From Cyanobium sp. (GTDB lineage Bacteria > Cyanobacteriota > Cyanobacteriia > PCC-6307 > Cyanobiaceae), in contig JBILUS010000013.1 of assembly GCA_044370835.1 (NCBI GenBank), positions 10,231 through 74,230 on the forward strand: a stretch of 64,000 nucleotides of DNA, given 5' to 3'. This document shows, piece by piece, positions 20,833 to 30,139 of the stretch (within the stretch, counting starts at the first letter, position 1; the number at the start of each line of letters is the position of its first letter). The position numbers were made by a program, and so were the translations under genes. The notes beneath the pieces are model-generated. The model saw only the letters and a list, made by a program, of their open reading frames with translations. It made no database searches and was not told where the DNA came from.

Positions 20833-21558
20833 TCAGGGCGCTGTCTGGCGGTGGTCCCGAAGGGGTTCCCCGCTCTGCGGATGGCGCGGCTCCTGCAGCG
20901 GTTCACAGTGCTGGCGGCCATCGAGCAGCTGGGACTGGCTGTAGATCCGCACCTCCGGCCGCTGCAGGGGAGGCCGGTAGCGGAGCACGATCAGTTGGTC
21001 AAAGTCGTCGTCGGCGATCGGCGCCATCTCCGGCCAGCCCAGACCGGCGGCGAGCTGCGGCAGGCGGCGGTGCTCCCAGAACAGCACCACCCGGCGGCCC
21101 TCGAAGGCAGGGTCGGTGAGGATGTGGCGGCCGGAGCGGAAGGAATCCTCCCGAGAGGCCAGGTCGATGCTGATGTTCACGCCCTTGGCCACCGCCAGGG
21201 GCACGGCCGTCTGGTAGCTGCGGGCATTCTGGTTCGACTCCGGATCGAGATCGAAGGTGCGGATCAGGCTCGGGCGGCCGAAGCAGCGGGGCAGCAGGGA
21301 GGCCAGGGAGACGGCCCGCTCGAAGCCCTGGGGGGAGAGGTTGTAGTCGCCCGCCTGGCCGCTCTTGTGGCCATGGCGCATCATCAGAACCAGCTCAGGC
21401 GTGGCCCGGGCCGCCGGGGCGAGCAGCAACAGGCCGAGCCACGCGACCAGGACCAGCCCTCCGCCGATACGGGGGCCTCGACACCGTTGTTCCCGAGAGG
21501 GGATGGGGGTGGGGATGGGAGTGGGGATGGGGGTGGTGGTGGACGCGAAGGCTTGCAT
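20833..21558 (-). CDS. Secreted histidine phosphatase (phosphoglycerate mutase superfamily)
   Basis: Signal peptide, LMMRHG, LSPQG.ERA, R..QT, FWEH. Confidence 0.8.
   Translation of the reverse strand: MQAFASTTTPIPTPIPTPIPSREQRCRGPRIGGGLVLVAWLGLLLLAPAARATPELVLMMRHGHKSGQAGDYNLSPQGFERAVSLASLLPRCFGRPSLIRTFDLDPESNQNARSYQTAVPLAVAKGVNISIDLASREDSFRSGRHILTDPAFEGRRVVLFWEHRRLPQLAAGLGWPEMAPIADDDFDQLIVLRYRPPLQRPEVRIYSQSQLLDGRQHCEPLQEPRHPQSGEPLRDHRQTAP
21499..21534 (+). repeat. Three 12-bp G-rich tandem units (GGGGATGGG[G/A]GT), encoding TPIP repeats
   Basis: Direct reading of the sequence. Confidence 0.8.
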
Positions 21559-21603
21559 CGCAGCTGGAGCGCATGATGGCAGAGGTTGCGCGCCGGCAAC
21601 GCC

Positions 21604-21789
21604 TCAGCGTTCGCCCAGCAGCTCGCGCCAGGACAGGGGGGAGCTCGCCTCGCGAGGGAGGAGGGGGCAGGCGAGCGGAAGCAGGGGCTGTTCCATGGCC
21701 GCAACAGCTGGCCGTTCGAGACCCAGGCTCACCGGCGGGGACTGCTGCTGCCGGGCCACGGGGTTGGAAGCATCGCTGAACGCTGGCAT
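21604..21789 (-). CDS. Possible small hypothetical protein
   Basis: 61-aa ORF ending LACPLL...SWRELLGER, co-directional with neighbours. Confidence 0.4.
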   Translation of the reverse strand: MPAFSDASNPVARQQQSPPVSLGLERPAVAAMEQPLLPLACPLLPREASSPLSWRELLGER

Positions 21790-21901
21790 CGGTCGGAGGC
21801 GGACCGAGGTTCAAGCTGATCGGCGCTCTGGTCAGCCAAGGTGCGCTGGGCAGCCTGGAGGGAGTGCGCGGCGACACGCCGGCGGCATCGCGCCGCCCGC
21901 C

Positions 21902-22996
21902 TCACCCGGCCAGCGCCAGTTCGAAGGCCCGCCGGTCGCCCTCGGCCGGCAGCGGCCGCTCGAACACCTTGCAGAACATCTTCACCACCCGATCGCCACT
22001 GTCGATCTGCTCGAGAGGGTCCTTGCGCAGGCGGTGGCGCAGGCAGCAGGCCACCACCCGGGCCACGTCGTTGTCGTTCACCTCGCTGCGGCCCTCGAAG
22101 GCAGCCAGGGCGCGGGCGGCGCGGTTGGTCACGATGTCGCCGCGCAGGCCATCCACATCGAGCTCGCCGCACACCGCTGAGATGCGAATGCGGAGGTCGT
22201 CGTCGATCGCCACCTGGGGCAGCCGCTGCTGGGCCTCCACCACCAGCGCCTGCAGCGCATCCTGGCCGGCCTGCACGGCGTCGTTGAAGCTGTCGGGGTC
22301 GGCATCGAAGCTGGTGCGCTGGTCCACCACCTGCACACGCAGCTCCGGATCGCGCACGGTGCGCACCTCCACGCTCATGCCGAAGCGATCGAGCAGCTGG
22401 GGCCGCAGCTCGCCCTCCTCCGGGTTGCCCGAGCCGATCAGCACAAACCGCGCCGGGTGGCGCACGCTGACGCCTTCGCGCTCCACCGTGTTCCAGCCCG
22501 AGGCGGCCGAATCGAGAAGCACGTCCACCAGGTGGTCGTCGAGCAGGTTCACCTCATCGACGTAGAGCAGGCCGCGGTTGGCCTTGGCCAGCAGGCCCGG
22601 CTCAAAGGCCCGAACCCCCTCGCTGAGCGCCTTCTCGATGTCGATCGTGCCGCAGAGGCGGTCTTCGGTGGCGCCCAGGGGAAGGTCGACCATCGGCACC
22701 TGGCGCTTCTCGGTGCCCAGGGCCTCGCCCTGCTCGGCCCGCTGGCGCACCTCGGCGCTCTGCAGATCCGGATCGGCCGGCGAGCTGTTGTAGGGGTCGC
22801 CCGCCACCACGTCGATCTCGGGCAGCAGGTCGGCCAGGGCGCGGATCGTGGTGCTCTTGCCCGTGCCCCGGTCGCCCATGATCATCACGCCGCCGATGCG
22901 CGGGTCGATCACGTTGAGCAGCAGGGCCAGCTTCATCTCCTCCTGGCCCACGATGGCGGTGAAGGGGAAGACCCTGCGCTTCCTGGGCTGACTCAC
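21902..22996 (-). CDS. chlI: Magnesium chelatase ATPase subunit I
   Basis: GTG start; VFPFTAIVGQEEMK, GDRGTGKST, LPLGATEDR, LYVDEVNLL, GSGNPEEGELRPQLLDRF. Confidence 0.96.
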   Translation of the reverse strand: MSQPRKRRVFPFTAIVGQEEMKLALLLNVIDPRIGGVMIMGDRGTGKSTTIRALADLLPEIDVVAGDPYNSSPADPDLQSAEVRQRAEQGEALGTEKRQVPMVDLPLGATEDRLCGTIDIEKALSEGVRAFEPGLLAKANRGLLYVDEVNLLDDHLVDVLLDSAASGWNTVEREGVSVRHPARFVLIGSGNPEEGELRPQLLDRFGMSVEVRTVRDPELRVQVVDQRTSFDADPDSFNDAVQAGQDALQALVVEAQQRLPQVAIDDDLRIRISAVCGELDVDGLRGDIVTNRAARALAAFEGRSEVNDNDVARVVACCLRHRLRKDPLEQIDSGDRVVKMFCKVFERPLPAEGDRRAFELALAG

Positions 22997-24612
22997 GGAG
23001 CAGTTGACGGCGGTGATGGGGATTGTTTCACAGCCGCCCCGGGGGCCGGGGCCGCGAATCCGGGGCCCTGGGAACCGTTGGGCACGCCCATTCCCGGGGA
23101 AGCCCCTGCCCCCGCCGCGGGCTCCGCTGGCAACAAGCTGAGCACCTGGGGCGCGGTGGCATCGGCCGGATAGATCAGCCGCACCTGCAGGGTGCGCTCC
23201 TGGCCCGGGGCCAGGCTCACCGTGCCCAGGGCCGGACCCTGCTGGCCGGCCCGCTGCACCAGGTGGAAGGCCTGGCGGCCCACCGGCCGGCCCTCGCTGC
23301 CATCGAGCCCCGCCACCTCCACCGTGCCCCGGAACATCACCGCCGACGCCGGCGTGAGCCGGAAGCGCAGGCCGCCCAGGGGCTGGTCGTGCTTGAGGGG
23401 CGATTCCAGCGCCAGCTGGAGCTTGATGGGGGCAGCGGTGTCGTTGCGCAGCGGCAGGCTGAGCTCGTAGGTCACGCCGTAGTTGCCGTGGGCCGCCCAG
23501 GCGGTGCCGGGATAAAAAGCCTTGAGTTCGGCGGTCTGCACCTGGCCGGTGCCCAGGCTCCCCTTCGCCAGCGAGGCGATCGGCCAGGAGATCGGCGCCC
23601 GGCTGGCCGCCAGCACAGGACTGCCGGGATCGGTGATCCGGCCCCGCCAGGTGCTGCCCACCTGGACACCGCTCACCCGTGAGTAGATCATCGGGCCGCT
23701 GGCGCCACGGGGGCTGGGCTCGTGTTCCTTCGGGCTCAAGGGCCCCTGGAGGATGCGGGTCCACACGGTGGGATCCGGCGGCCGGTCGTTCGGCCCGAAG
23801 GCCGCCAGCACAGCCAGGTCCACCGGGGCCTCGCTGGCCAGCCGCAGCTGCAGGTTGCGGCCATTGAGCAGGGGATCGAGACCCCGCACCGGCAGGGGCA
23901 GCACCACCAGGGGGGTGAGCACCCCCGCCGGCAGGGTCCACTCGCTCGGAAGCTCCGGGCTGCGGCTGCGTTGCAGGAGCTCGGTGGCCACCCGGCTGCC
24001 CGGTCCGGACCAAACCGGCTGGGTGCTCTCCTGGAGCATCAGGGGAGGCAGGGGTAGGAATGGGGCGGCGCTCTGGCCCGCCGCGGTGGCCTGGGAGAGG
24101 GCGGTGGATCCGCTCCGCAGCCGCAGCTTCACCGGCGTCGGGCCGCGGGGCGCTCCCACCACCGCAAGCCAGAGGGTGGAATCGAGCCTTTCGGGTTTGC
24201 CGGCAAACACGTGATGGCTGAACAGGTCGAAGCCGCCAACCAGCGGCACATTGAGGTGGGCGCCGCTCACCGCCAGGGGACGGCCATCCCAGCCGCGGCC
24301 CGGATCGAAGCCGGAGAGAAGAATCCCCTCGCTGCGGATCAGCTCGGGGTTGTTGTCGTTGACCAGCAGCACCGCATCCAGGCCGCCCGGCAGGGGCTCC
24401 ACCCGCTGGCGGCGCAGCACGGTGGGGGCGGGCTGGGGCCTGGCGGGCACGGCGGGGGCCGCCGGCGCGGGCGGAGCTGCAGGGGCAGGAGCGGGAGCCG
24501 CCTCACCGTCCTGGGCGGCCGCCGGCCGGGCCATCAGGGCGATCAGGGCCAACGCAAGGAGCGGACCACGACCGGGGGCGAACCGGAGCACGGCGGCACA
24601 GGAGGGACTCAC
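22993..24612 (-). CDS. DUF3370-like exported cyanobacterial protein
   Basis: Signal peptide; LPGGLD...NDNNPE...EGILLS, HGNYGV.Y, FRG. Confidence 0.75.
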   Translation of the reverse strand: MSPSCAAVLRFAPGRGPLLALALIALMARPAAAQDGEAAPAPAPAAPPAPAAPAVPARPQPAPTVLRRQRVEPLPGGLDAVLLVNDNNPELIRSEGILLSGFDPGRGWDGRPLAVSGAHLNVPLVGGFDLFSHHVFAGKPERLDSTLWLAVVGAPRGPTPVKLRLRSGSTALSQATAAGQSAAPFLPLPPLMLQESTQPVWSGPGSRVATELLQRSRSPELPSEWTLPAGVLTPLVVLPLPVRGLDPLLNGRNLQLRLASEAPVDLAVLAAFGPNDRPPDPTVWTRILQGPLSPKEHEPSPRGASGPMIYSRVSGVQVGSTWRGRITDPGSPVLAASRAPISWPIASLAKGSLGTGQVQTAELKAFYPGTAWAAHGNYGVTYELSLPLRNDTAAPIKLQLALESPLKHDQPLGGLRFRLTPASAVMFRGTVEVAGLDGSEGRPVGRQAFHLVQRAGQQGPALGTVSLAPGQERTLQVRLIYPADATAPQVLSLLPAEPAAGAGASPGMGVPNGSQGPGFAAPAPGAAVKQSPSPPSTAP

Positions 24613-25667
24613 GGACGGCCCACCAGGGTTCGCGTCACCGTAGCGGCCATGGCGCGGATCAGCTCCGCCGAGCGGGGATCGTTGAAGGGGCCCTTCACCA
24701 GGAAGGCCGCCACCGCCCGCTGGCCGCTGGGCAGTTCGATCAGGGCCGCGTCGGCATAGGCGATGCCGATGTCGCCGGTCTTGTTGTACGCGGTGATGCC
24801 GTCGGCCAGGAGCTCATCATCGGGATCGGCGCCGGCCTCCGGCTTGCCCAGGCCCTTGAGCAGCCCCGCCGGGATCAGGGTGTTGGTGTTGGAGGTGGCG
24901 AGGATCCCGCGGTAGAGGTCGCGAGCGCGGGGGCTGAGCTTCTCGCCGGTGTCCACCAGGGCGATGGTGCGGGCCAGGTCGCGGGCACTGGTGGTGTTGG
25001 TGCCCTTGAGGTCGGGCAGCCAGTTGTTGAGCACCGTGGCGCTGAGGCCCAGGGCCTGGAAGCGGCTGTTCACCGCCGCCTTACCGCCGAGGCGCTTGAT
25101 CAGCAGGTTGGTGGCGCTGTTGTCGCTCACCCGGATCATCTCGGTGGCGGCCTCGAAGAAGGGGAAGCGGGTGCCGAGGGGCTTGTTGGCCATCCAGCCG
25201 GCCCCTTCGCCCATCACCTCCTTGGTGAGGGGCAGCGGTTCGTTCCAGCGCACCTTGCCGTTGTCGAGGTCCTCCAGACCCACCAGCAGGATCGGGCTCT
25301 TGATCGAACTGGCCGCCGGCATCGGGATATCGGGCCGAAGCTGGGCGAAGCGGCCGTCGTCGAGCACCAGCAGGAAACCGGAGGCCTCCAGGCCCTTCTG
25401 AGCCGCCGCCAAGCGGGCCCATTCGGTGCTCAGGCCGGCGATCTCCTGGCGGGGATCGAAGCGGCCGAGGGCCAGTCCCCGGCCCCCCACCACCCGCGGC
25501 GCCGCATCGAACTGGGGTTTGCCGATGCTGCCCTGGGCCAGCCGGGGGGCGAGGGTCTTGAGGGCGGTGGCCACGATCACCCCCAGGCCCACCCCCATCA
25601 CCCCCAGGCGCAACAGCAGCAGCAACGGCTGCAACCAGGGACGGCGTGGGGGGCGGCCGGCACTCAC
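24609..25667 (-). CDS. Serine hydrolase, class A beta-lactamase-like (cyanobacterial PBP-A type)
   Basis: SxxK (ASSIK), SDN, KTG motifs; N-terminal TM anchor. Confidence 0.85.
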   Translation of the reverse strand: MSAGRPPRRPWLQPLLLLLRLGVMGVGLGVIVATALKTLAPRLAQGSIGKPQFDAAPRVVGGRGLALGRFDPRQEIAGLSTEWARLAAAQKGLEASGFLLVLDDGRFAQLRPDIPMPAASSIKSPILLVGLEDLDNGKVRWNEPLPLTKEVMGEGAGWMANKPLGTRFPFFEAATEMIRVSDNSATNLLIKRLGGKAAVNSRFQALGLSATVLNNWLPDLKGTNTTSARDLARTIALVDTGEKLSPRARDLYRGILATSNTNTLIPAGLLKGLGKPEAGADPDDELLADGITAYNKTGDIGIAYADAALIELPSGQRAVAAFLVKGPFNDPRSAELIRAMAATVTRTLVGRP

Positions 25668-25697
25668 GAGATCGCGGGTTGCGAAGGATGTCCGACG

Positions 25698-26498
25698 CTA
25701 AAGGCCCTCCGGGGTTGGGGCTCCCCGTCGGCTCGCCCAGCGCAACTGGCACACCATCCCCCGCAGCAGGGCCACCTCCGCCGCCGTGACCTGGCCGCGC
25801 TGCAGCAGGGCCCGCAGCTTCGCCATCCGCGCCCGGCGGGTGTGGGGCAGCAGGAACCCCACCTCCAGCAGCAGGGCCTCGGCATCGGCCAGGGCCGCCT
25901 CCAAGGGCTCCCTGGTGCTCGGATCGGCGGCCGCCGCGGCCGGCCGCGGCCCGGCGGCGGGATGGCACAGGCCATGGAGCTCATGGAGCACCACCGCCAC
26001 GGCATGGGAGAGGTTGAGGGAGGGGTAAGCCTCGCCGGTGCCGATATGGAGAAGCCGGCCAGCTTGCAGCAGTTCGTGGTTGGCCAGGCCCCGGTCCTCC
26101 CGGCCGAACACCAGGGCGGCGGCCGGAGCCGGCGGTGCGGGGCTCTCCGGCCCGGATGGCGGCGCCGGGGCGGGGGCCTCCAGCAGCCAGGTGAGGGCCT
26201 CGGCCGGGGGCAGCAGGGGCAGGGGCGGACCCTCCAGCCGGCCCGTGCAGGCCACCACGCGGCTGCAGTCAGCCAGGGCGGCCTTCAGGCTGGTGAAGCG
26301 GCCAGCGCCCTCCAGCACCGCCAGCCCATGCACCGCCATGCGGCGCGCCTCCGGATCGAGGGGGTCGCAGCGCGGCGCCACCAGCCGCAGGCCGGCGAAG
26401 CCGAAGTTGGCGCAGAGCCGGGCCACGCTGCCCACATTCAACGGGCCGGCCGGTTCCACCAGCACCACCTTCAGATTGATCGGGATGGCCTGGGCCAA
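25698..26498 (-). CDS. RNA methyltransferase TrmJ/TrmH (SPOUT)
   Basis: VLVEP.G..NVG..AR...NFG, VFGREDRGL.N.EL, SLNLSHAV. Confidence 0.9.
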   Translation of the reverse strand: MAQAIPINLKVVLVEPAGPLNVGSVARLCANFGFAGLRLVAPRCDPLDPEARRMAVHGLAVLEGAGRFTSLKAALADCSRVVACTGRLEGPPLPLLPPAEALTWLLEAPAPAPPSGPESPAPPAPAAALVFGREDRGLANHELLQAGRLLHIGTGEAYPSLNLSHAVAVVLHELHGLCHPAAGPRPAAAAADPSTREPLEAALADAEALLLEVGFLLPHTRRARMAKLRALLQRGQVTAAEVALLRGMVCQLRWASRRGAPTPEGL

Positions 26499-26507
26499 GG
26501 GGGGGGC

Positions 26508-26921
26508 TCAGGTGGGAAGGCTGTGGAGGAAGGCCAGCAGATCGGCCATCGCCTGGGGATCGGGCTGGAAGCGGGGCATCGGCGGGGTGCGGCCGCTCAC
26601 CACCTGCTGGATCAGCTGGCGGTCGTTCTTGCGGCGGTCCACCCCGTGCAGGTTGGGGCCCACCAGCCCCTGGGCGGCCAGGCCGTGGCAGCCGGCGCAG
26701 TTGAGCCGAAACAGCCGGCCGCCATCCTCCACGGAGCCCACCAGCTCCAGGGTGGCCTGGGTGTAGGGATCCCGCTGGGCCGCCGAGAGCAGCACCAACG
26801 CCAGCACGGCGCAGGCCAGGGCTGCCAGCAGCACCAGGGCCGTCACCAGGCCGCGGCGGCCCGGGGCGCCCTCAACCGCCAGGTCCGGAGCGCTGGGAAG
26901 GGTGGGGGGGGAACCGGTCAC
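26508..26921 (-). CDS. cytM: Cytochrome cM
   Basis: N-terminal TM, DPY, G.RLF..NCAGCHG, VGPNL, G.TPPMP.F. Confidence 0.88.
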   Translation of the reverse strand: MTGSPPTLPSAPDLAVEGAPGRRGLVTALVLLAALACAVLALVLLSAAQRDPYTQATLELVGSVEDGGRLFRLNCAGCHGLAAQGLVGPNLHGVDRRKNDRQLIQQVVSGRTPPMPRFQPDPQAMADLLAFLHSLPT

Positions 26922-26998
26922 GGATCGTGGCAAGGACTCGCCAGGACAACCCTGGCCGTGGAATGATTGTGCAACGTCCGGACCCTTGAGCGCGCGCC

Positions 26999-27112
26999 AT
27001 GATCGAACCTCTTCTGTGCGGCATCGTGCTGGGTCTGATCCCCGTGACCCTGGTGGGCCTGTTCGTCGCCGCCTGGAACCAGTATCGCCGTGGCGGCGCC
27101 CTCGGCGGCTGA
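26999..27112 (+). CDS. petG: Cytochrome b6f subunit V
   Basis: Manual translation [37 protein letters not shown] (below the ORF-track cutoff). Confidence 0.97.
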   Translation: MIEPLLCGIVLGLIPVTLVGLFVAAWNQYRRGGALGG

Positions 27113-27134
27113 GGCCCCCCAGCATTCCATTCGC

Positions 27135-27731
27135 TCAGCCGGGCTCGAGAAGCAGCAGCGTGCTGCCGCCGTAGCGGCGGGGAGGCCGTGCCGTCCAGCC
27201 CTCCGGCAGCGCCGGAACCGCCTCGCTGGGGCATTCCCACAGCAGCAGTCCTCCAGGCGCCAGCCAGCCGCCGGCCGCCACCGCCTCGCTGAGCGGACCG
27301 TGGAGTGCCGCCGCCCAGGGCGGATCCAGATAGATCAGCTCGAACGGCCTTTGGCCGCGGGCCGCCGGACCGCCGCCGAGCCAGGCCAGCGCCTCAGCCC
27401 CGTGCACCTCCCAGCGGGGGGTCGCATCGATGCCGTGCCGATCGCCCGCCCCGGCCGCCGGGGCGAGCCCCCGAGCCACCGCCTCCAGGTTGGCGCGCGC
27501 CACGGCCGCCACCCGCCGGTCCCGCTCCACCGCCACCACCACAGCGGCACCGCGCTGCAGAACCTCGCAAGCCATCACCCCGCTGCCGCTGCAGAGGTCG
27601 AGCCAGTGGCAGCCGGCCAGACGCCCGGCCAACAGGTTCATCACCGCCAGCCGCACCCGTGCCGCTGTGGGCCGGGCCACCATCCCCGGTGGACTCTGCA
27701 GCCGCCGGCCGCCGCTGATCCGCAGCGTCAC
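27135..27731 (-). CDS. rsmD: 16S rRNA (guanine966-N2)-methyltransferase
   Basis: LRISGGR.L, RPT, LDLCSGSG, IYLDPPW. Confidence 0.9.
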   Translation of the reverse strand: MTLRISGGRRLQSPPGMVARPTAARVRLAVMNLLAGRLAGCHWLDLCSGSGVMACEVLQRGAAVVVAVERDRRVAAVARANLEAVARGLAPAAGAGDRHGIDATPRWEVHGAEALAWLGGGPAARGQRPFELIYLDPPWAAALHGPLSEAVAAGGWLAPGGLLLWECPSEAVPALPEGWTARPPRRYGGSTLLLLEPG

Positions 27732-28351
27732 GGCGCCGCCACCCAGCCAAGCCAGCGCCGCAGCATCGCTTCGCCAGCCAGGCCCGATTTCTCCGGGTGA
27801 AACTGGCAGGCGGCGATGCCCCCCTGCCACAGCGCCGCGGTGACCGGGGTGCCGGCCCAGTCGACCCGGGCGGTGGTGCAGCGCGGATCCAGCGGATCGG
27901 CTGCATAGGAATGCACGAAATACACCCACACCGGCGGCAGCCCCGCCGGCAGCAGCGGACTGGGCTCGGCCGGCAGCAGGGGGGCCCAGCCCATGTGGGG
28001 GATCGGATGGCCGCTCACCCGCGGCAGGGCCCGCACCCGCCCCTTCAGCAGCCCCAGCCCGGCGGCCTGGCCCTCATCGCTGACCTCGAACAGCAGCTGC
28101 AACCCCAGACAGATGCCCAGCAGCGGCACCCCGGCGGCCGTGGCACGGTGCAGCGCCTGATCCAGGCCGGCGGCCCGCAGCCGCTCCATGGCCGGATCGA
28201 AAGCCCCCACCCCGGGCAGCACCAGGGCATCGCAGCCCTCCATGGCGGCGCCCCCCGCCACCGGCACCACGTCGGCGCCGAGGCGCTCGAAGGCGCGCTG
28301 CACCGAATGCAGGTTGCCCATGCCGTAGTCGATCAGGCCGAGACGGGTCAT
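27728..28351 (-). CDS. hisH: Imidazole glycerol phosphate synthase glutaminase subunit
   Basis: IDYGMGNLHS, LPGVG.F, GICLGLQ, PHMGW, YFVHSY, QFHPEKS. Confidence 0.96.
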   Translation of the reverse strand: MTRLGLIDYGMGNLHSVQRAFERLGADVVPVAGGAAMEGCDALVLPGVGAFDPAMERLRAAGLDQALHRATAAGVPLLGICLGLQLLFEVSDEGQAAGLGLLKGRVRALPRVSGHPIPHMGWAPLLPAEPSPLLPAGLPPVWVYFVHSYAADPLDPRCTTARVDWAGTPVTAALWQGGIAACQFHPEKSGLAGEAMLRRWLGWVAAP

Positions 28352-28372
28352 GGCGAACAGGCCCTGGGGACC

Positions 28373-29437
28373 TCAGGAAGGGGAGGGCTCAAGGCAACGC
28401 TGGCCCGGATGGTCCAGGGCGGGGGCACCGGGCAGATCGAGGCCGTTGAGGTGGGCGATCAGCTGATAAAGCCGGCCCACCTTCCGCTTGTCGAAGCGCA
28501 GGCGCAGGGAGGGCCGCAGGATGCCGTTGCTGTCGCAACCCTCGCCGGCCTGAATGGCGCCGTTGTCCAGCAGGTCGGCGAACTGTGCATTGAGGCCGGG
28601 CAGCAGCTCGCGGGGAATGGCGGCATTGAGCAGCAGCTCGATCCGCTCCTCCCCGAGCAGGGCGCTGTGGAACACCCGGTAGAAGCGGCTGATCAGGGCC
28701 ACCGCATCGGCGGCGCAGGAGGCCTCCTGCACCAGCGAGCCATCCTCCGGCGAGATCAGCCCGCGGCTGGCCAGGGCCTGCTCGATGCGGCGGCGCCACA
28801 CGGACCAGAAGCCATCACCGGCTGGGGCCAGCAGCACCAGCGGAATCGGCGGGGTGCGGCCGGTCTGGATGAGGGTGAGCGATTCGAACAGCTCATCGAG
28901 GGTGCCGAAACCGCCGGGCAGCACCACCAACGCATCACTTTCGCGCAGAAAAAAGAGCTTGCGCGTGAAGAAGTAGCGGAAATACAGCAGCCTGCCGCCA
29001 CAGCCGCTCACATAGGGATTGGGGTGCTGCTCATAGGGAAGATCCACATTCAGGCCGATGCTGTGGTCGCAGCCGGCCCCGCTGTTGGCCGCCTCCATCA
29101 CGCCACCGCCGGCGCCGGTCATCACATCGAAACCGCCCTCCACAGCGAGCCTGGCCACCTCCTCCGCCAACCCGTAGGAGGGGTCCTCGCGCTGGATGCG
29201 GGCCGAGCCGAACACACTGATCTTGCGGACCCGCCGATGCGGCCGGAACACCTCCAGCGCCTCGCTGATGTCGGCCAGGCAGCCGCTGATCAGGTGCCAC
29301 TCCGGCAGTTCACGTTCCTGGCGGGCGACCTCCAACAACGCCACCACCGCCTTCTCGATCAGGCGCCGCTGCGGATGGCCCTGGATCTGCGCCTCGAGCA
29401 CGGCCAGCGGACTGAGGCCCTGGGTGGATTCGGGCAC
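28373..29437 (-). CDS. LOG-family (lysine-decarboxylase-like Rossmann) nucleotide-binding protein
   Basis: VFGSAR, TGAGGGVMEAAN, YFFTRK..F, PGGFGTLDE. Confidence 0.88.
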   Translation of the reverse strand: MPESTQGLSPLAVLEAQIQGHPQRRLIEKAVVALLEVARQERELPEWHLISGCLADISEALEVFRPHRRVRKISVFGSARIQREDPSYGLAEEVARLAVEGGFDVMTGAGGGVMEAANSGAGCDHSIGLNVDLPYEQHPNPYVSGCGGRLLYFRYFFTRKLFFLRESDALVVLPGGFGTLDELFESLTLIQTGRTPPIPLVLLAPAGDGFWSVWRRRIEQALASRGLISPEDGSLVQEASCAADAVALISRFYRVFHSALLGEERIELLLNAAIPRELLPGLNAQFADLLDNGAIQAGEGCDSNGILRPSLRLRFDKRKVGRLYQLIAHLNGLDLPGAPALDHPGQRCLEPSPS

Positions 29438-29483
29438 GGTGGAAGGAGGCCCGGACGGGGAGGCGGTGGCCAGGGGCGGGAAC

Positions 29484-29807
29484 TCAGAGGTACTTGGTGA
29501 TCGTGCCGGAAAGGGTGGTCTTGGGCACCGCGCCGACCACCGTGTCGACCTTCTGGCCGCCCTTGAAGATCATCAGGGTGGGAATGCTGCGGATGCCGTA
29601 CTGGCTGGCCACGTTGGGGTTCTCATCGGTGTTGAGCTTGAACACCTTGATCTGACCCTCAAATTCCTTGGCGATTTCATCCACGATCGGCGCCACCATG
29701 CGGCAGGGGCCGCACCAGGGAGCCCAGAAATCCACCAGCACGGGTACATCGCTCCTGAGCACATCCTGCTCAAAGGAGGCATCGGTGACGGCGGCAGAGC
29801 TGGACAT
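29484..29807 (-). CDS. trxA: Thioredoxin (m-type)
   Basis: [22 protein letters not shown]. Confidence 0.97.
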   Translation of the reverse strand: MSSSAAVTDASFEQDVLRSDVPVLVDFWAPWCGPCRMVAPIVDEIAKEFEGQIKVFKLNTDENPNVASQYGIRSIPTLMIFKGGQKVDTVVGAVPKTTLSGTITKYL

Positions 29808-30001
29808 TCCTGGACTGGATCGGGTTGGGCGGAATCTAGCAACCTTCAACCCATTGCTTCATCGGCCGAAACCGAGCGTTGCAGGAAGGGGTTGGGGCTT
29901 GCCGCAGCGGAACTTCCGCAGCGTCCGATCGGCTCCGGGCGCGGCCGATGGACGCAGGCAACCGGATGGGGAGGGGGGGTCGCGCCACCACGGCAGAAGA
30001 C

Positions 30002-30023
30002 AAAAAGCCCGGGCGCGCCGGGC
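30002..30023 (-). terminator. Rho-independent terminator ending Yfr1
   Basis: GCCCGG-cgcgc-CCGGGC-TTTTT on the minus strand. Confidence 0.8.
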
Positions 30024-30062
30024 CGGGGGGTGTGAGGAGTGTGCGAGCCGTAGCCCCCACAC
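30002..30062 (-). ncRNA. yfr1: Yfr1 small RNA
   Basis: Invariant ACUCCUCACAC undecamer (30030-30040, minus strand) between a 5' hairpin and a terminator hairpin, in the guaB-trxA intergenic region where Yfr1 typically lies. Confidence 0.9.
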
Positions 30063-30139
30063 CCTGAGGGTAGCGCCATCCAGACCACCCACAGAACCGG
30101 ACCACCCGGCGGAATGCGGTGGGGGCGAGGCGGGCTTCC

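Noticed and set aside
21902-24013. 703-aa ChlI fusion
   Set aside because: The upstream part overlaps the DUF3370-like gene in another frame; ChlI starts at GTG 22996
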